Shown here piece by piece: positions 10,702 through 25,200 of a DNA stretch of 64,000 nucleotides (positions within the stretch are counted from its first letter, which is position 1; each line of letters opens with the position of its first letter). A model generated the notes under the pieces. The model saw only the letters and a list, made by a program, of their open reading frames with translations, did not search any database and had not been told where the DNA came from. Position numbers and translations under genes: made by a program. This DNA is from Cenococcum geophilum (lineage: Eukaryota), in assembly GCA_050273025.1 (NCBI GenBank), contig CP158635.1:20646001-20710000 (forward strand). Direction: 5' to 3'.

Positions 10702-13700
10702 ATACCACTAAAAGCAGCCACTATAACGCCATTAATGGCGGCAACTACTTTAAGGTTAGGAGGTAATACTAGTATAGCAGATACTAACTTATAACAACCT
10801 ATAACGGTTAGACAACTATAAGAAATAGTTAACTAGTTAATAGAAAATAATACGGCACTTAAATAAAGGGTTAATAGGATAGGAGTAGTAAAGGTTAAGT
10901 TACTATTAATTAAAAAATTCTTAGGAGAGAGATTAAAGCTTAAAGGATTTCTTACATAAATGTATTTTAAGGTTATATAAGAGGGAGCAAAGCTAGTAAT
11001 ACCTATGAATTAAATAGCGTATGTAGAATTATTCTTATTAAAAAGAGCACTTAAATGGTTTAAGCCTTACCTTATAGAGATATAAGTAAATGGAATAATA
11101 ATAATAAACTAAGAAGTACGGTTTATATTCTTAAGCTAGAATGGATTTATAGAGCGACTTATATAGATATTTAGAGACCTAAAGGCAATAATTATGGTAA
11201 AAAGAAAGCTTTAAGATATTATGTAATAAACCTTAGCTATTAAGTATATAACGCAGTTCTAAACACTAGTAATATAAGTTAAGTAGAATAATAGGGCGCT
11301 TATAGTATAGTATAAATAGGGACTTAAGGCTAAAGTCTAAGACGTAATTATTCTAATGGAAGATGCGGATACCCTAAGGGAATTAATAGATTAAGTAATA
11401 AAGATTAATAATAGGATCTACTAAAGGAAATAGACTAAGAAAGGTTAGGATAGAGTTTTATAGTTATATAAGGCGTAAAGTACGCATTAACCAAAGCTAA
11501 GTTAGAAACTATAGTATAGCGTAGAGCTAATGGACCTAAGTAGTACTAAAGAAGCCTATAAAAGATGGAGTAAGACACTATAGAAACTAAGAGGATAAGA
11601 ATTAAGTAATTAAAGGTCTAGGGAGTAAAGGCCGAATTAGGGATCTTAGTAGTAGAAGATATTTAGGTAGACTCTATAATAAAAAAAATAGTTTAAAAAG
11701 GGAGCTTATATAAATTACGGAAAATAGGGTTATTTCGCTAGAGATTATAAAGATAGTTAGAGTTACTATATAATAAAGGGAACCGGACTAGTAGACGGTA
11801 TATATATATAGAGGGATAATAATACACTATAAGGAATAAAGGATTGTTTAATTAACTACTTTACGTTTTACTATAATAACGCGTGCCGAATTTATAAAGA
11901 CACTAAGTACGGCGTAAGCTATTAGCTATAGGAACCTAGTTTAGAGAAACTAAGAGCTACCTAAGACTATAAAGAGTAAGATAGGCTCTATAAATGTAAC
12001 GAAGATCTAATAGTAACTTTTAGTATAGTGTTAATAAGGCAGTATTTAGAAAGGGACTTTGGGAAAAATCTATTCAGCGATATTAAGAAAGAAGATCTTA
12101 AGATATTAGTATTAGAAGTAGAGACTGAGACCGCTATAGAGTAAGGTTTAGTAACGGGCATTATGACACCGTTGGATACGGCATCTATTGCTTTACGAGA
12201 TGGTAAGAAGAGTATCCTATAAAGATTAAGTAAGTAGACGACTGCTAGTGCTAATTCACTACTTAATAAAGGTAAAAGGCTAAAGGCTTAAGATTCTTAA
12301 GACGAGATAAGAGACGACTAAGATTCTTAAGATGAGATAAGGTATACCTAAGGACCTATAACGGACGAGAACCGATAGAGTAGGGTAATAGCTTAGTTTA
12401 AGGATATACAAATAAGCTCGGGATAGAGTTTCCTATAGGCATTAAATTCTTAAAATAAGATAGATAAGATTTAAGACTCTTAAGACGAGATAAGAATACT
12501 ATAGACGCCTAATTAAACTAAGGCGGGAGCTAAGCTTAAGTTAGAAGTAAGCTTAGGATTAAAAAATCTAAGGGACTAAGAATTTGGAGTACAAATAAGG
12601 ACACCTATAGATAAGAGGTAAGGAGCTTCTTTATAGATTAGAGAATCTGTAATTTAGGCAGTAGTTAGACTAGGAGATAGATATATAGACCTAGAAGACT
12701 TACTAGTTAAATACAGTATTTAGCCTAAAAATTAAAAAGTTAATATTAAGATTAAGAAGTACGAAGACTTTAAGGATCTACGCGTAAGACGTAAAAGAAA
12801 AGAAACCATAGAGGAATTTAGAGCGAGAATTACCTTGTAGTAAGAGTAGAAACTAAATTAGAGATTTAGTCTATTAGGTTATATAAGGGATAGAGCACTA
12901 GTACGAAGAATTACTAATAGGCTGAGAACAAGTATATTAAGAGCTAAGTGGCTTACTAAACTAAAATAAGAAGAGGATTTAGGGATTCTAACTAGATTTA
13001 AGGAATAATATATAAAGGGCTATTACAATATAGTAATAAGAAGATACTTCCTTATAGATAGAGCGTATATACTTAAGCAGCTATACTAAAAGTGGTATAG
13101 GCAGCGATATAACGATAAGTAGGAAGATTTCTATATATAGCGGGATAAAAAAGTTATCTAAGACCACCTAATTATAGAAAAGGCTATAACTTATATTAAA
13201 GGAGCCTTAATTATAACGTTAAAAGATCTAGAGGAGTAATTAGAGGACTAGAGAAGCGAGAGATAAATCTTAGTACCTACGAATAAAGTTGCGACGCTTA
13301 GATTAATATAAGAAAGGTTTAAACTTAAGAATAAAGACAAGCTAAGAGTTAACCCAAGACACTAAGTATATTATATACTATCTTAGATAGTATACGTAGA
13401 TAATGCGTATAATATGTATAAAGCACCTAAGGATAAAAATTGGAAGTATTTAATAAGGATATATTGGATAATGGACAAGGCGGAATATTAAAATACTAAG
13501 TATATATATAGTTAGTACCTAGTAGAAGTTTAAGAATAAGGGGACTTAATACTTTAACTAGGAAGATTCCTTACGGAAGAATACCTAAATAAACAATAAT
13601 AGTGGGAATGTCTAGAGAATACCTGTCTATGGCATATTAAAGAAAAGAAGTAAACTAAGTATTAGCCTAAGTTAGACTAAGTATAAATAGGATCTAGTAG

Positions 13701-16700
13701 CTAATAGTTAGGAAAAGTAGAGGCCTATAGAATTAGAGGGAACTAGTAGTAGAGCCTTAGATCCTTAAAGGAATTTAAGGAAAATACCTAAATTTATAAA
13801 TTAAATAGTAAGATTAACAGTTTAAAGCACTAATAGATAGTGGAGTAATAAGGAACTATATCTTACTAGCAGCAGTTAAAAGAATAGGACTATTATATAG
13901 AAGAAAGGAGCACCTATATTTATTAGTAATAATTTTAGGAGATCTAATAGCCTATAGAAATGGCATTATTAATCTTAAAATAGGACCTATTTAGTTAACT
14001 ATTAAAGGAAAATAAATTCGGATGTCTTTTAATATCCTACTATTAGGGAAGGACGAGGCGATATTAAGGATGCCTTAGTTATAGGAGTACAATCTAAAGA
14101 TCAATTGGGTTACAGGTTAGGTTAATATTAGAGATACTTAACGCCGTAAAGTGTAATAATAAGCTAAGTTGGTATAGTACTAAGTAGGAGTAACCTATAA
14201 GGAAATAGAAAAGGGACTAAGCTATATACTAAAGAGATACTATAAGTATAGTAAGAAACTATAGTCACCAGAAAGTAAAAAGCTGTTAGAGTATATAGTA
14301 TAGGACTATAAAATAAAATTAAAACTAGGAATAAGTCTAAGGTTCTTTTTAATCTATAAGCTTACTAAAGAAGAAGGTAGAGTATTAAAAGAGTTTATCT
14401 AGGAGAACTTATAAAAGGGATATATTAGACTATTGCAATTATTAGTAGGTTATCTAGTATTATTTGTTTTAAAGAAGAATGGCAAGCTAAGGCTATATAT
14501 TAACTATAAATAGTTAAATAGCATTACTAAAAAGGATAGGTATCCTTTACCCTTAATTAGTAAGATTTAAGATAGAATAGATAACGTATAAATCTTTATA
14601 AAGATAGATCTGAGATAAGCATACCATTAGATTAGAATTAAAAAAGGCAATAAATAAAAGGCAGCCTTTAGGTTAAAGGAAGGACTATATAAACTATTAG
14701 TTATACAATTTAGACTTATAAACGTACTAGTAATGTTCTAAAAGTGAATTAATAATATATTAGGAGAATACTTAGATAAATTTATTATGGTATACCTTGA
14801 TAATATTATTATCTACTTAATAACTAAGGAAGAATATAGGGAATATATTAAATAGGTTTTAAAGAGACTATAAGAGGAACAGATGCTAGTAGTAATTAAG
14901 AAATATAAGTTCTTTACTAGGAAGACAGATTTCGTTGGATTTATTATTAAACTAGGCTAACTTAGCATAAATCCAAAGAAGATTAAGGCTATAGTAAATT
15001 AGTAAGAACTAGAGAACATTACATAATTAAGGTTATTTTTAGGGTTTTACAATTACTATAGAAGGTTTATAGCATAATAGTTAAAGGATATTAAGTTATT
15101 TACGCGGTTAATAAAGAAAGAAAAACTATAGGTATAGGGATAAGAATAATAAGAATTATTTAAGGAAGTTAAAAGGTTGTTTACCTAGGAGCTAGTTCTT
15201 AAGATCTATTAACTAGGACTAGAGACGGTTATTAAGACAAATATATTAGACTTTATACTAGGGGTATACTTTATATAAAAGCATCTAGATGGATAGCACC
15301 TAGTGGTATACTATAGTCGGAAGATAATACTACTAGAGTTAAACTATAACATCTATAATAAGGAGTTATTAGGTATAGTTATAGCACTAAAGAAATAAAG
15401 AGCATTCTTATAAGGTACGGAAAAACTATTTATAGTTAAGATGGATTATAAGAACTTAACGGGATTCCTAATAATAAAGAAACTTAACTAAAGATAGGTT
15501 AAATGGGTAGAGATACTTATAGAATACTATTTTAAGATTTAGTATACTAAGGGTATAGACAACATAAGAGTAAATGCTCTAAGTTAAAAAGCTAAACTAT
15601 AAAATAATAAAAAGCCATTAGGGGCTTTGTTGCGAAAAGATATAGATAGATTAATTAGGTATAATTATCTAAAAATTATAGCAACTTAGAAAGAACTAGA
15701 GAAGGTTTATAAGTTATTAGAAAGCTTTTAGGTATAAAGAATTCTAAAAATATAGCTAGAAGATCTATAGACGGATATATATAAAAACTAAGAAGTAAAG
15801 TATATCCCAAAAAGCATAGCAGAGCAATTTATAAAAGATTTCTATAAAGGACTAATTTAAGGATATAACGGAGCTATAGGCTTAGTGTTAAGACTTTAGA
15901 AGGAGTATATTATTAACGGAATCTAAAGGATAGCTAGAAAGGTCACTAAGGAGTATTTAGATTACTAAAAAAATAAATTAATAAGGTATAAGCTATATAG
16001 AGGGCTATAACCTATTAAAATACTAGAGAGACTATAGGAGGTTATATTATGGGACTTTATTATAAAGTTACTAAAATTAAGAGATCCTATTACTGGATAA
16101 GATTATAATATAATCTTAATAATAGTAGATAAGCTTATAAAGTGGGGATACTTTATAGCATATATAGAAGAGATATTAGTAGAAGATGTTACTAGAATCT
16201 ATATTAAAGAAGTATTTATAAGATATAGAGCACTAAGTAAAATTATATTAGATAGGGATCTAAGATTTATAGCAGTATTTTAGGAGGTATTCTTAGCGGA
16301 GCAAGGAGTTTAAGTAGTAACTTCTACTATATATTATCCGCAAACAGACGGTTAAACGGAAAGATTAAATTAGATACTAGAACAGTATCTAAGATATTAT
16401 ATTAATTACGTATAGAATAATTAGGTATTATTATTACTAGTTATATAGTTTATATACAATATAACACTATAAGAAGGAATAGGTATGTTATTATTTAAGG
16501 CAAATTATAGATATAAGTTAAGAACATTATTATTGCCACATTAAGTAAAGAAAATAAGTAGTACGGCTAAGTAAAGGATGGAGACATTAATAAATCTTTA
16601 TAAGAACCTTATAGAAACAGCTAAGGTAGTATAGCAAAGAATAAAGAAATACTATAATGCTAAGAGATCTAAGGGACTAAATCTTAAGGAGGGAGATAAA

Positions 16701-17117
16701 GTGTAGCTACTATATAAAAATTTCAAGAGTTAACAACTAAGTAAAAAATTGGACTATATTAGGCTAGGACCTTTTAAAATTAGTTAAAGGATTTTACCGG
16801 TTACATTTAAGATAAACCTACTAGCTAAGATAAAGATCTACCCTATATAGTATATTACAATACTAGAGCTAGTATATAGGAAAGTTAAGCTATTAGTTTA
16901 TAAAGCAGACATATATAGAGGATAAGAAGAAAATAAATAGTAAGTTTTAAAGATTATTAGTTATAAAGACGTTAATAATAAAATATAGTACAAAGTTAAG
17001 TAAATAGGCTATAATGAGACTACCTAGGAACTACTAGAAAATTTAAAGAACGCTATAGGAAAGGTATAGAAGTATTAGAAGAAAACAGGTTAGGTAATAT
17101 TAAAGAAGGATTACTAA
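10702..17117 (+). pseudogene. gag-pol of Gypsy A copy 2
   Basis: Colinear with 1798-8213 at a constant offset of 8904 bp. ALIDSG near 13826, YLDN near 14793. Confidence 0.9.
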
Positions 17118-17133
17118 AGAATAAGTCACCTAA

Positions 17134-17746
17134 GGGGGACTTAGGAAGAGTAATTACCGAACTACTTAGAATTGTTTCCTTTGCTAATTAAAGAAAATCT
17201 GTTCTTTTATTACTAAGTTCCTATAGACCTTATTTTATAAGTTTCTACTCCTTAAAATAAACCTTTTTACGAACCTTTTTAAGACGAAGAAGCCGAGCAT
17301 AAGTAGAGGCGCGGGCTTTAAGGGCTTAACGATCCTCTTCTCTTACCTACTTAGCGCGAGCTTAATTTTCGCGTTAAAGGCAATAAATCTCGCCTAGAGT
17401 ACCCGCAAGTTTACTATTAAGCTTTATAGCGGCAGATTAAATATAAAACCCTATAACAAATTACTTAGGGAACTTAACAACTATTAAAAGTCATAAGATA
17501 TGTATACTTAGCATTAGATATAAAGCGAACGTCGCAAGATAAACGGATATTCGCTTTAGTACACTTTAAATAAGAAGAGGGTTGCTAAGATAAAGGGCTT
17601 GCTAGCGTAATATAAACTAACCCCTCTTTCGCATAATGAGAATACGGAGATAGTATTATTCTACCCAGAGATAATATCGCAGTAATAGTATAAGACCGAT
17701 AAGCTGTAGAAAAAAAAGGCGGAGGCTTAGAAACCTTTAAAGGTAT
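17134..17746 (-). pseudogene. Antisense Zn2Cys6-like accessory gene, Gypsy A copy 2
   Basis: Colinear with 8230-8842. Keeps TGC for the sixth Cys (SCDVR) and ARLLRLKKVRKKV in exon 2. Confidence 0.6.
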
Positions 17747-18699
17747 TATAAGTAATAATGTTAACCAAATTAATTAGACGGATATTATACCTCTAGTAAA
17801 TAACTTGGAGATATTAGGAATCTTTAAGGATAAAGATAAAGAGAAGGAAGATAGTGTTATAGACGCTTTAAGTACAATATTATAACTACTTAGAAAAGAG
17901 TTAGAGGAAGCTAGTTGGTTAATATAAGCACGGTCTAAGATAGATCTAGTAAAACTATATAATAAGGAATAGTAACCAAGTCATATAATATAATCTATGT
18001 AATCTATATAATTTATATAATCTATATAATAGAGTAGATAGAGCACACGTACCTTACGTATAAGAAGGATTTTATAGGAGTACGGTTATATATTTAAGGA
18101 CCCTTAGTCCCTACCTAGATAGTTCCTTCCTTGTAGTAATTCTCAGAATATAATTAGAGTTAATCTATTGGGCAACTACTCCACTAGTTGTTATTACGTT
18201 GTTGACTTTACATATTACCTATACACCTAGCCTAATAACAAACCCACCGTAGTACTTGCTATAAGGTTCCGTTACAGAACTAGCTCCCTATATAATCCTT
18301 TTAAGACGCTAGTAAAACCCTTTACCCCTTATCTGTCTAACTATATCTTTTAGGACGTAGATAAAATATAAATAGGATATAAATAGAACCTTTTACTATC
18401 TTATCCGATATATACCTTCTAGGGGATTCCGTTACAATAGGCCATATTTTAATAGCGGCGCTAGCTTTTCGCCTTTGCTTTAGCTATAAGGCTAGGGTAT
18501 TTTACTTACGGTACTTATCTAATAGTTATTAATAATTTTTAAGTTTTGTCTTGTATTTCTATTTATTATACTTATTTAGCTATTTTAACCATTTAATAAG
18601 GTACTATAGTTATCTAATATAATCCTAGTAGGTGATAATTACTTCTACTTCCCAGCTGCCTTTTTTAAGCTCTTTTGCTGCTAAGGGTTAAAACCTAAG

Positions 18700-19540
18700 G
18701 TCCAACCTATAAGGCTCTAGTAGGGAGATATAGAAGACTAGGTAGAGCCGTACTATAGTAAGTAAAAGCTCCAGCTTATATGCTTACCGCCTTACACGCT
18801 TTAGGATTTAAAATAGTCCTATAAACTTATAGTTAAGCTTCTTATAGGGACGTTTTGTGTGGATATTTTTAGAGGAGAGTAGGACTTAGTTACTAACGGC
18901 GAAGTGCTTAGCTAGATAGTGACGATTATAGTATTTTACCTAAAGCTTTTAGGCGTATATTATTGGCGCTACTACTACCTTATAAATACGCCTCTATAAG
19001 TTAGACATTTATTAACTTAAATCCCTCCCTACCTTACTAGCTAGCTATAGGCGAGCTTAATAGGGGAACGCTTTATTATAATATAAACCTTAGAGTTATA
19101 GGTAAAGGCTGTATTTTTAAGTAGGGAGGCCTAATTAGATTATTCCTAGTTTGTAAATATATATAGGTATATCTTAAGTTCCTAGTTTTAACGCTCTATC
19201 TAACTATCTATCTATAGGTAAAATATAGTGATACGTTTACGTTAAATGCGGAGATGGTAATATATAGTGCTTTAATACTCGCTTATAAATATACTACCCC
19301 TATTAAAGATAATATTATTTAAAGGCCCTATTTACGTAAAGACTCTAAATAAGAGTTCTGCGAGTTGTATAGCATTAATTACCTTACGCACTAGATAGTA
19401 GCGTACTAGCTTTATAAAACGGTCTGTAAGGCTAAGAATAGAGTTATACTCTACGCTATTAGGAGTTTTAGACTCTAAAAGATCTATAATAAAGTTAAGT
19501 AAATAATGCCGCTAGGCTTAGGTGGGGACTTAAAGAAGCT
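18700..19540 (-). pseudogene. Ty3/Gypsy integrase fragment
   Basis: Minus-strand reading NSILSLTDRFIK...GPLNNIIFNRGSIF...IER*N*ELK...AYKLELL...VFYISLLEPY. Boundaries approximate. Confidence 0.75.
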
Positions 19541-19619
19541 ATAGCTTATTATAAGGGTTATAGCGGCGCGATTTAAAGCGTTAGTAGGTATTATAGTTAT
19601 TTAGGTATTTACGGAGGTC

Positions 19620-21628
19620 CTAGGTAAGGCTACTAACGCCCTATTTAAGAAATTAAGGCTTATTATCTAAGGTTACAATAATAATAGTAAGGAGATAATT
19701 CTTATACAATCTCCTATAATTCAACGAGCTAGTTAACAAGTTATTATTACATTAGCTCCCTTATTAATAAAAAATAGAATAGCAGTTTATTTATAAGATA
19801 TTACCTAGGCTTATACCCAATTAGAGATATACCTTTAGCGCTTAATATTAGCACACCTTCTAGAGCAAATTCGCTACCAATATCCCGAAGATATAATTAT
19901 AGTTATGCTTAAGCCATTATACGGAATCGCAGAGGCAGGAACTTATTAGTAAGCTACCTATAGCAAGCACTACAAAGAGAAGCTATTAATAACTATATCT
20001 ATATTTAATCCCTACTTCCTTATTATAACCACAGGAACTCTATTTGGAATCGTTGGTATATAAACTAATAATATAATTATCTTAGGAGACGACCAATTCT
20101 TAGCTCTTAAAGAGGATAAGCTAGTAAAGGCAAATCTTATAGTAAAGCTAAAGGAAAAGCTTAATTTAATAATACCATTACTCTTTAATAGATGCATCCT
20201 CTCCCTAAATAAGGATTCTATTGCTTTACGCCAGAAGGGTTAAGGTAAGAAGATTAATATTATTAACGTTAATCCTCTAAAGCAAGGATATGTAGAGCAA
20301 CGTACTTGCGAAGCTTATATTACTTCTATCTATTAACCTAAGGCTTTATTTAATCTCTCTATTGCCGCTTAACACTAGGAACCCACTAAGGATAACGTTC
20401 TTGCCCTAAATAAGCGTCTTTTTTAATAAATAAACTATCTTAATCGGGAACTACTCTATATGCCTATTAATCTTCCCACCGCTAAGCTCTTTATATTTGT
20501 TAATAGATTATTTATAAATAATAAAGATTTTAGCTCCTAATTAGGATATAAGATTATTATCGCAAATAAATCTACTAGAGAGAATAACTTTATAATCTAC
20601 AGTAACCTTATCTATTAGAGCTTAACTAAGAGTAAGCGTATTACTTAAAGCGTTTTAGCGTTAGAGATATATAGAATGGTTAGCGGAGTTAATATAGTAA
20701 TTATAATTGGAACTACCCTAAAAATAATTATAGATCGACTTAAACTTCCTATTATCCCTACAATTATATGCACTAACTTATATTCCCTCTACGAGTGTTT
20801 AGTTAAGCTTAGTACTATAAAGGAGAAGCGCCTTATAATTAATATTATGGCACTTTAGCAATCCTATAAGCGTTAAAAACTCTTTAAGATTTAATAGATT
20901 AATGGCTAAGATAACCCAGTAGATATAATAACAAAGGCGAACCCAAATAAGGCACTAGAGACGTTTATTAATATAAATACTCTATATATACGAGTTAAAG
21001 GTTAGGTTAAAAGGGAGTCCCTAAAAATTTCTTAGTTATATAAGGTTTTAAGATATCTAGAAACTTTAACCGGTGGTTAAAGTTATCTAATTAGTCAGAT
21101 TCTCTTACTAAGACTTTTTTAGAGCATAATATTCTGCAGACCCTAACTTAACCTAGCTAATTAGGATTTTCCATCCCTGGGATAGAAAATCGCTATTAGC
21201 TTACTTACCACTAGCGCCTTAGCGGCCCTACTAACAAGATACCTACCTATAACTTATAAGTAAGAAAGCACTACGTACTAAAAGGCAAATTTTGGGATAG
21301 CGAGACTTATATTATAATGGTAATAGTAAGTAAGGAGGATTAATATTTATTCCGCTAGTTAAGCGGTATATATATATAGATAGCAACTATAAAAGAAAAG
21401 TTGCTAGTGTTAGGAATAAAGGTAGGGGGTCACCATATAAGGTATATTGCCGTCACGTATAGCAAGTTGCCGTTACGTACGGTAAGTTGCCGTCACGTAT
21501 TGCCGCGGTACTAGCGTGGCGAGGAGCCTTAAGCTCCTCGCCCTCCCTTATTAAGATAAGAAGAATAATAACTATTACTATACTATCTACGAACCGTAGC
21601 TACGTGATATCACCTTATATAACTAACA
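19620..21628 (+). mobile_element. 5'-truncated Ty1/Copia element D (GalEa-like RT/RNase H, 3' UTR, 3' LTR 21408-21628)
   Basis: RIP-mutated SRL..QGYND, TQSPTIQR, DITQAY, KPLYGIAEAG and SVLA motifs. LTR tgttagg...ctaaca with internal 19-bp tandem repeats. Confidence 0.8.
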
Positions 21629-22216
21629 GTTAGCTTTAAAGAATAAGTTTATTTATTATATTAGAGGTCTTTATTAATTTATTAATACTATTTATACTAA
21701 TTTAATAGCACGAGTGAGTTATATCCTGGGGCACGAAATACGTATAGTATTGTATGCTCTTTAGGATAGTGGTGACTATTAATTATATAAAGCAGACTAC
21801 GTGGTCTATATACTAATACACCTCCCCCCTAATTAGTTAGTGCTTTATAAGTGCACTAGACGCGTAAGTAAGTAGTTAATATACTAAACGCGTAAACGCG
21901 TACCTAGTGTACCGAACGCGTAAGCACGCGGTTAGTATAATAGGTGCTGTAATTATACACTAGCAGTACTTGAAAAATGAAACCACCTATATATAGCCTC
22001 CGTAATTGCTTTAATAAAACTATAAAACATATAGGAAAATACATAAGAAATCTTCCCTAAGGTGCCGTCTAGGCTGCCTTCTAAACGGTGCTTTAAGCTG
22101 GCCGTAAGTCAGATCTTAAGGGCCGCTAAGGCGCTAGTGATAAGCGAGCTAATGGCGATTTTCCGTGCCCGGCATGGAAAATCGTAATTGGTGGATTCGA
22201 CTACCGTGGCAGAATA

Positions 22217-25200
22217 TGTCGAATATTAAGGTCACTGTTAAGTACCACCTTATGACTTACACCCTGTTTCTTGCCATTGTATATCTTACTATCTATTTTC
22301 TATTACCTATTCATTACCTATTACTGACTGAGTGGCAATGTCGACCTGGTGGCGATTAAGTAATAGTTCCAAATCGTTATTAGTGTCGTCGTCAGTGTCG
22401 TCGTTAGTCTTTTGCCCTAACGTTATATATATAGAGAGCTTCTAGAGCTAGCTTTAATTGACAGAGTTTTTATAAGTGACTTGTTTGTCCAACAGTTATA
22501 AGCCCGGGCTATCTACTGCATTATCTTTAATTTGAAACCCTAATTATCCTATTATTAACTAAACAGTAGAAGCCTTAAAATGTCCTCTTAATAATCTAAA
22601 ACCCTTATTATAACGCATACTATAATCCTAGTAGGCCTAAATAATTGGGACTAATAGATTGGTGTTATTAAGTATAGAGCTAACGGTAAGAGTATATGGA
22701 AGTATATTGATTCGGATGTTAAGAAAAATAATCTACCTAGACATAGAGCACCGTTAGAGCTATTACTATTAGTTGTTAATCCTTAGAAAACTACGTTCTC
22801 AGCCCTTAATAAAGGCGAGAAGGAAGAGCTTTAAGCTTTATAAAAATAGTATAACTGTGCTTATAAGCGGTATAAGAAAGAGGAAGCAGCCCTTAGATCT
22901 CTACGCACCTATATTATTAGCACGATCTCTTATAACTATATTAACTACACCTTTAAAGGGAATACCGTCTACGATGTCCTTATGTTACTTAAGTAGGCTG
23001 TCGCCCTAACTAACGACGCTTAGAAGGTTAATCTAGCTACCCAATATTTAAAAATAAAGAAAGCCCTAAAGAGTTAGAATATTAAGAAGTGGCTCCGCGA
23101 GTGGGAAAAGGTATATAATAATTGCAAAAAGGTTAAACTACCTAAGGTAGATGGCGATTAACTAGTTAAGGACTTTGTGTATACCGTTAAATCTATCTTA
23201 TTAGGATGGTTAGAATACTAGAAAAACGAATTATAGAACCTTAAGAGGAAGAAGGAAAAACTATCTACCCTTTAAGTCATTATTGAGGTCTATTAAAATT
23301 ATTGTTAATTGGACTTAGCTTAGAAGGCAAGGAGCTAGTAGGGCTCCTATATAGTAAGCTTTAAAAAAGAGCTAATTAATAAGCCTAAATCGGAAACTAA
23401 ACCGGAAGCTAATTCTTTAAGGAGGATAGATAAGAAGGAATGGATAAGGCCGTGCTTATGCGGATTGCTATACCCGTAGAGGAAATACTTTTACCTTATT
23501 AAGTTAATTTAACCATCGGGTTAGAAACTAAATGACTTAAAAATATAGTTAGTAGAGCAGAAGCTTGCTAAGGCTTTACCTGAATTTAAGGTCTTAATTA
23601 ACTAATTAAGGAGCCAAGCCTTATCTAACAAGAAGCCAGGAAATGTAGAGAATGTAGAGTAGAAGAGCTTACCTAGTAAACTACACGGAAGCTTTAAAGT
23701 TAATTAAGCTAGAGCTTATGTCGCATCTAATTACGCTCTCTATAATAGTATAATTCTTAACTTTATAACAACCCTATATATTATTAACGACCGAGTAAGG
23801 TTTATAGGTAATATCCGACTAGCTAGTAATTAGTTATATATAGGATCTAATATAGAAACTATTAAAGGCTTTAGAATAGCTAAAGTTATAGTTATTACCC
23901 CATTAGGAAAGAAGAAGATTTATTTAAATAAGGCTGCGTATATATTAGGATTTTATACAAATCTAGTCTATAATTAAAGACTTAATAAAAAAGGTGTCTT
24001 TTGGCATAATAAGGGCAACTACCTCTACCGTCACGGTGGTGAGAAGTTTGTATATTGCGGATATTACTACGGTTAGATAACCCTTAAATATAACAAATTA
24101 AAGCTAAGGACGGAGGACGTGTCCTTTGCGGCTAAATTAACGGAATCTCTACTGAATTAAAAGGTAGACGGACGACTTTGGCACAGTCGACTCGGATATA
24201 CAAGAAGTGCTGCTATCGAGCAATTGCCTAAGGAAGTGACTGGGGCGATTTTATAAGGCCCTATGATAATTAAATATGAGACCTATGTAGTTAGTAAAGC
24301 TTATAAGATTATATTAAGAAGGACACCTACGGATAAGGCGATAAGGCCCTTCTACCGTATACACGTGGATTTAATTTAGGAAATTAAAGCCTATAACGGA
24401 AATAAATACGTAATATATTTTCTTAACAATCTAACATAAATAAATAAGGTTAAGATATTCGCGTAGAAGTTATTAACTACCCAAGTAATTATTAAGTATT
24501 GTAATGTAGTTAAGCAACGCTACGGCTTTAAAGTCGCTATAATTTATATTAATAATAAGTTATCGCTTAGAAACAAATTCGATAACTAAATAGCCGAAAA
24601 GGGTATTATAGTAGAGTACTTAGCTCTAAGTATACTAGAACAGAACGGTCCTACAGAATGTTTTAGGGGGGTAATTATAATAAAGTCCTAATGTATGTGA
24701 ATTAAAGCACGACTATTAGAAGAACTCTAGCCCAAAGTCTTTAAAGTAGTAGTATATATAATAAATAGGACACTAAGCTAACGGCTTAACTAGAAGACGC
24801 CCTTTAAAAAGCTTTAGTTAGTAATAGGGCTCTTACTAACTAAGCTAAATATAGCTCACTTACGTGCCTATAGCTGTAGAGTATACCTACTTAAATATAA
24901 CATTCCTCGCACCTAAAAGCTTACTCCTAGAGCCTATATCGGGTATCTAGTAGGGTATAATTTAACGAATATCTTTTAAATATATATACCAAGCGAAGGG
25001 AAGGTAATTTGTACGAGAGACGTTACGTTTAATAAATGACTTGTCTATAATGATAGCTAGCTAGATCTAGTAAATTTGCTTTAGGAGAAAGCTAATTAAA
25101 TGCTAGAAGTAATTAACGTAATTAACCCTAATAGGACGCTCTAGGAAGACCTGGCAGATAATATAAGTAAGGACGATAAAATTCTAGATAAAATTTAAGT

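Larger units (their letters stand above)
1338..18276 (+). mobile_element. Ty3/Gypsy chromovirus A, tandem LTR-internal-LTR-internal-LTR array, RIP-inactivated
   Basis: Three 422-bp LTRs: 1338-1759, 8951-10663 (minus the Tc1 insert) and 17855-18276. Two 7191-bp internal regions. One TSD pair GAACT (1333-1337, 18277-18281). PPT agagaggagggagatag before LTR2. Confidence 0.95.

Noticed and set aside
18282..18436. Possible LTR remnant ending ttccgttaca, split by Gypsy A
   Set aside because: No partner LTR, 5' end or TSD could be found in the window.
22165..22359. 64-aa hydrophobic ORF (also 27452-27658 and 27635-27934)
   Set aside because: They cross TE insertion junctions and LTRs, so they are chance ORFs.
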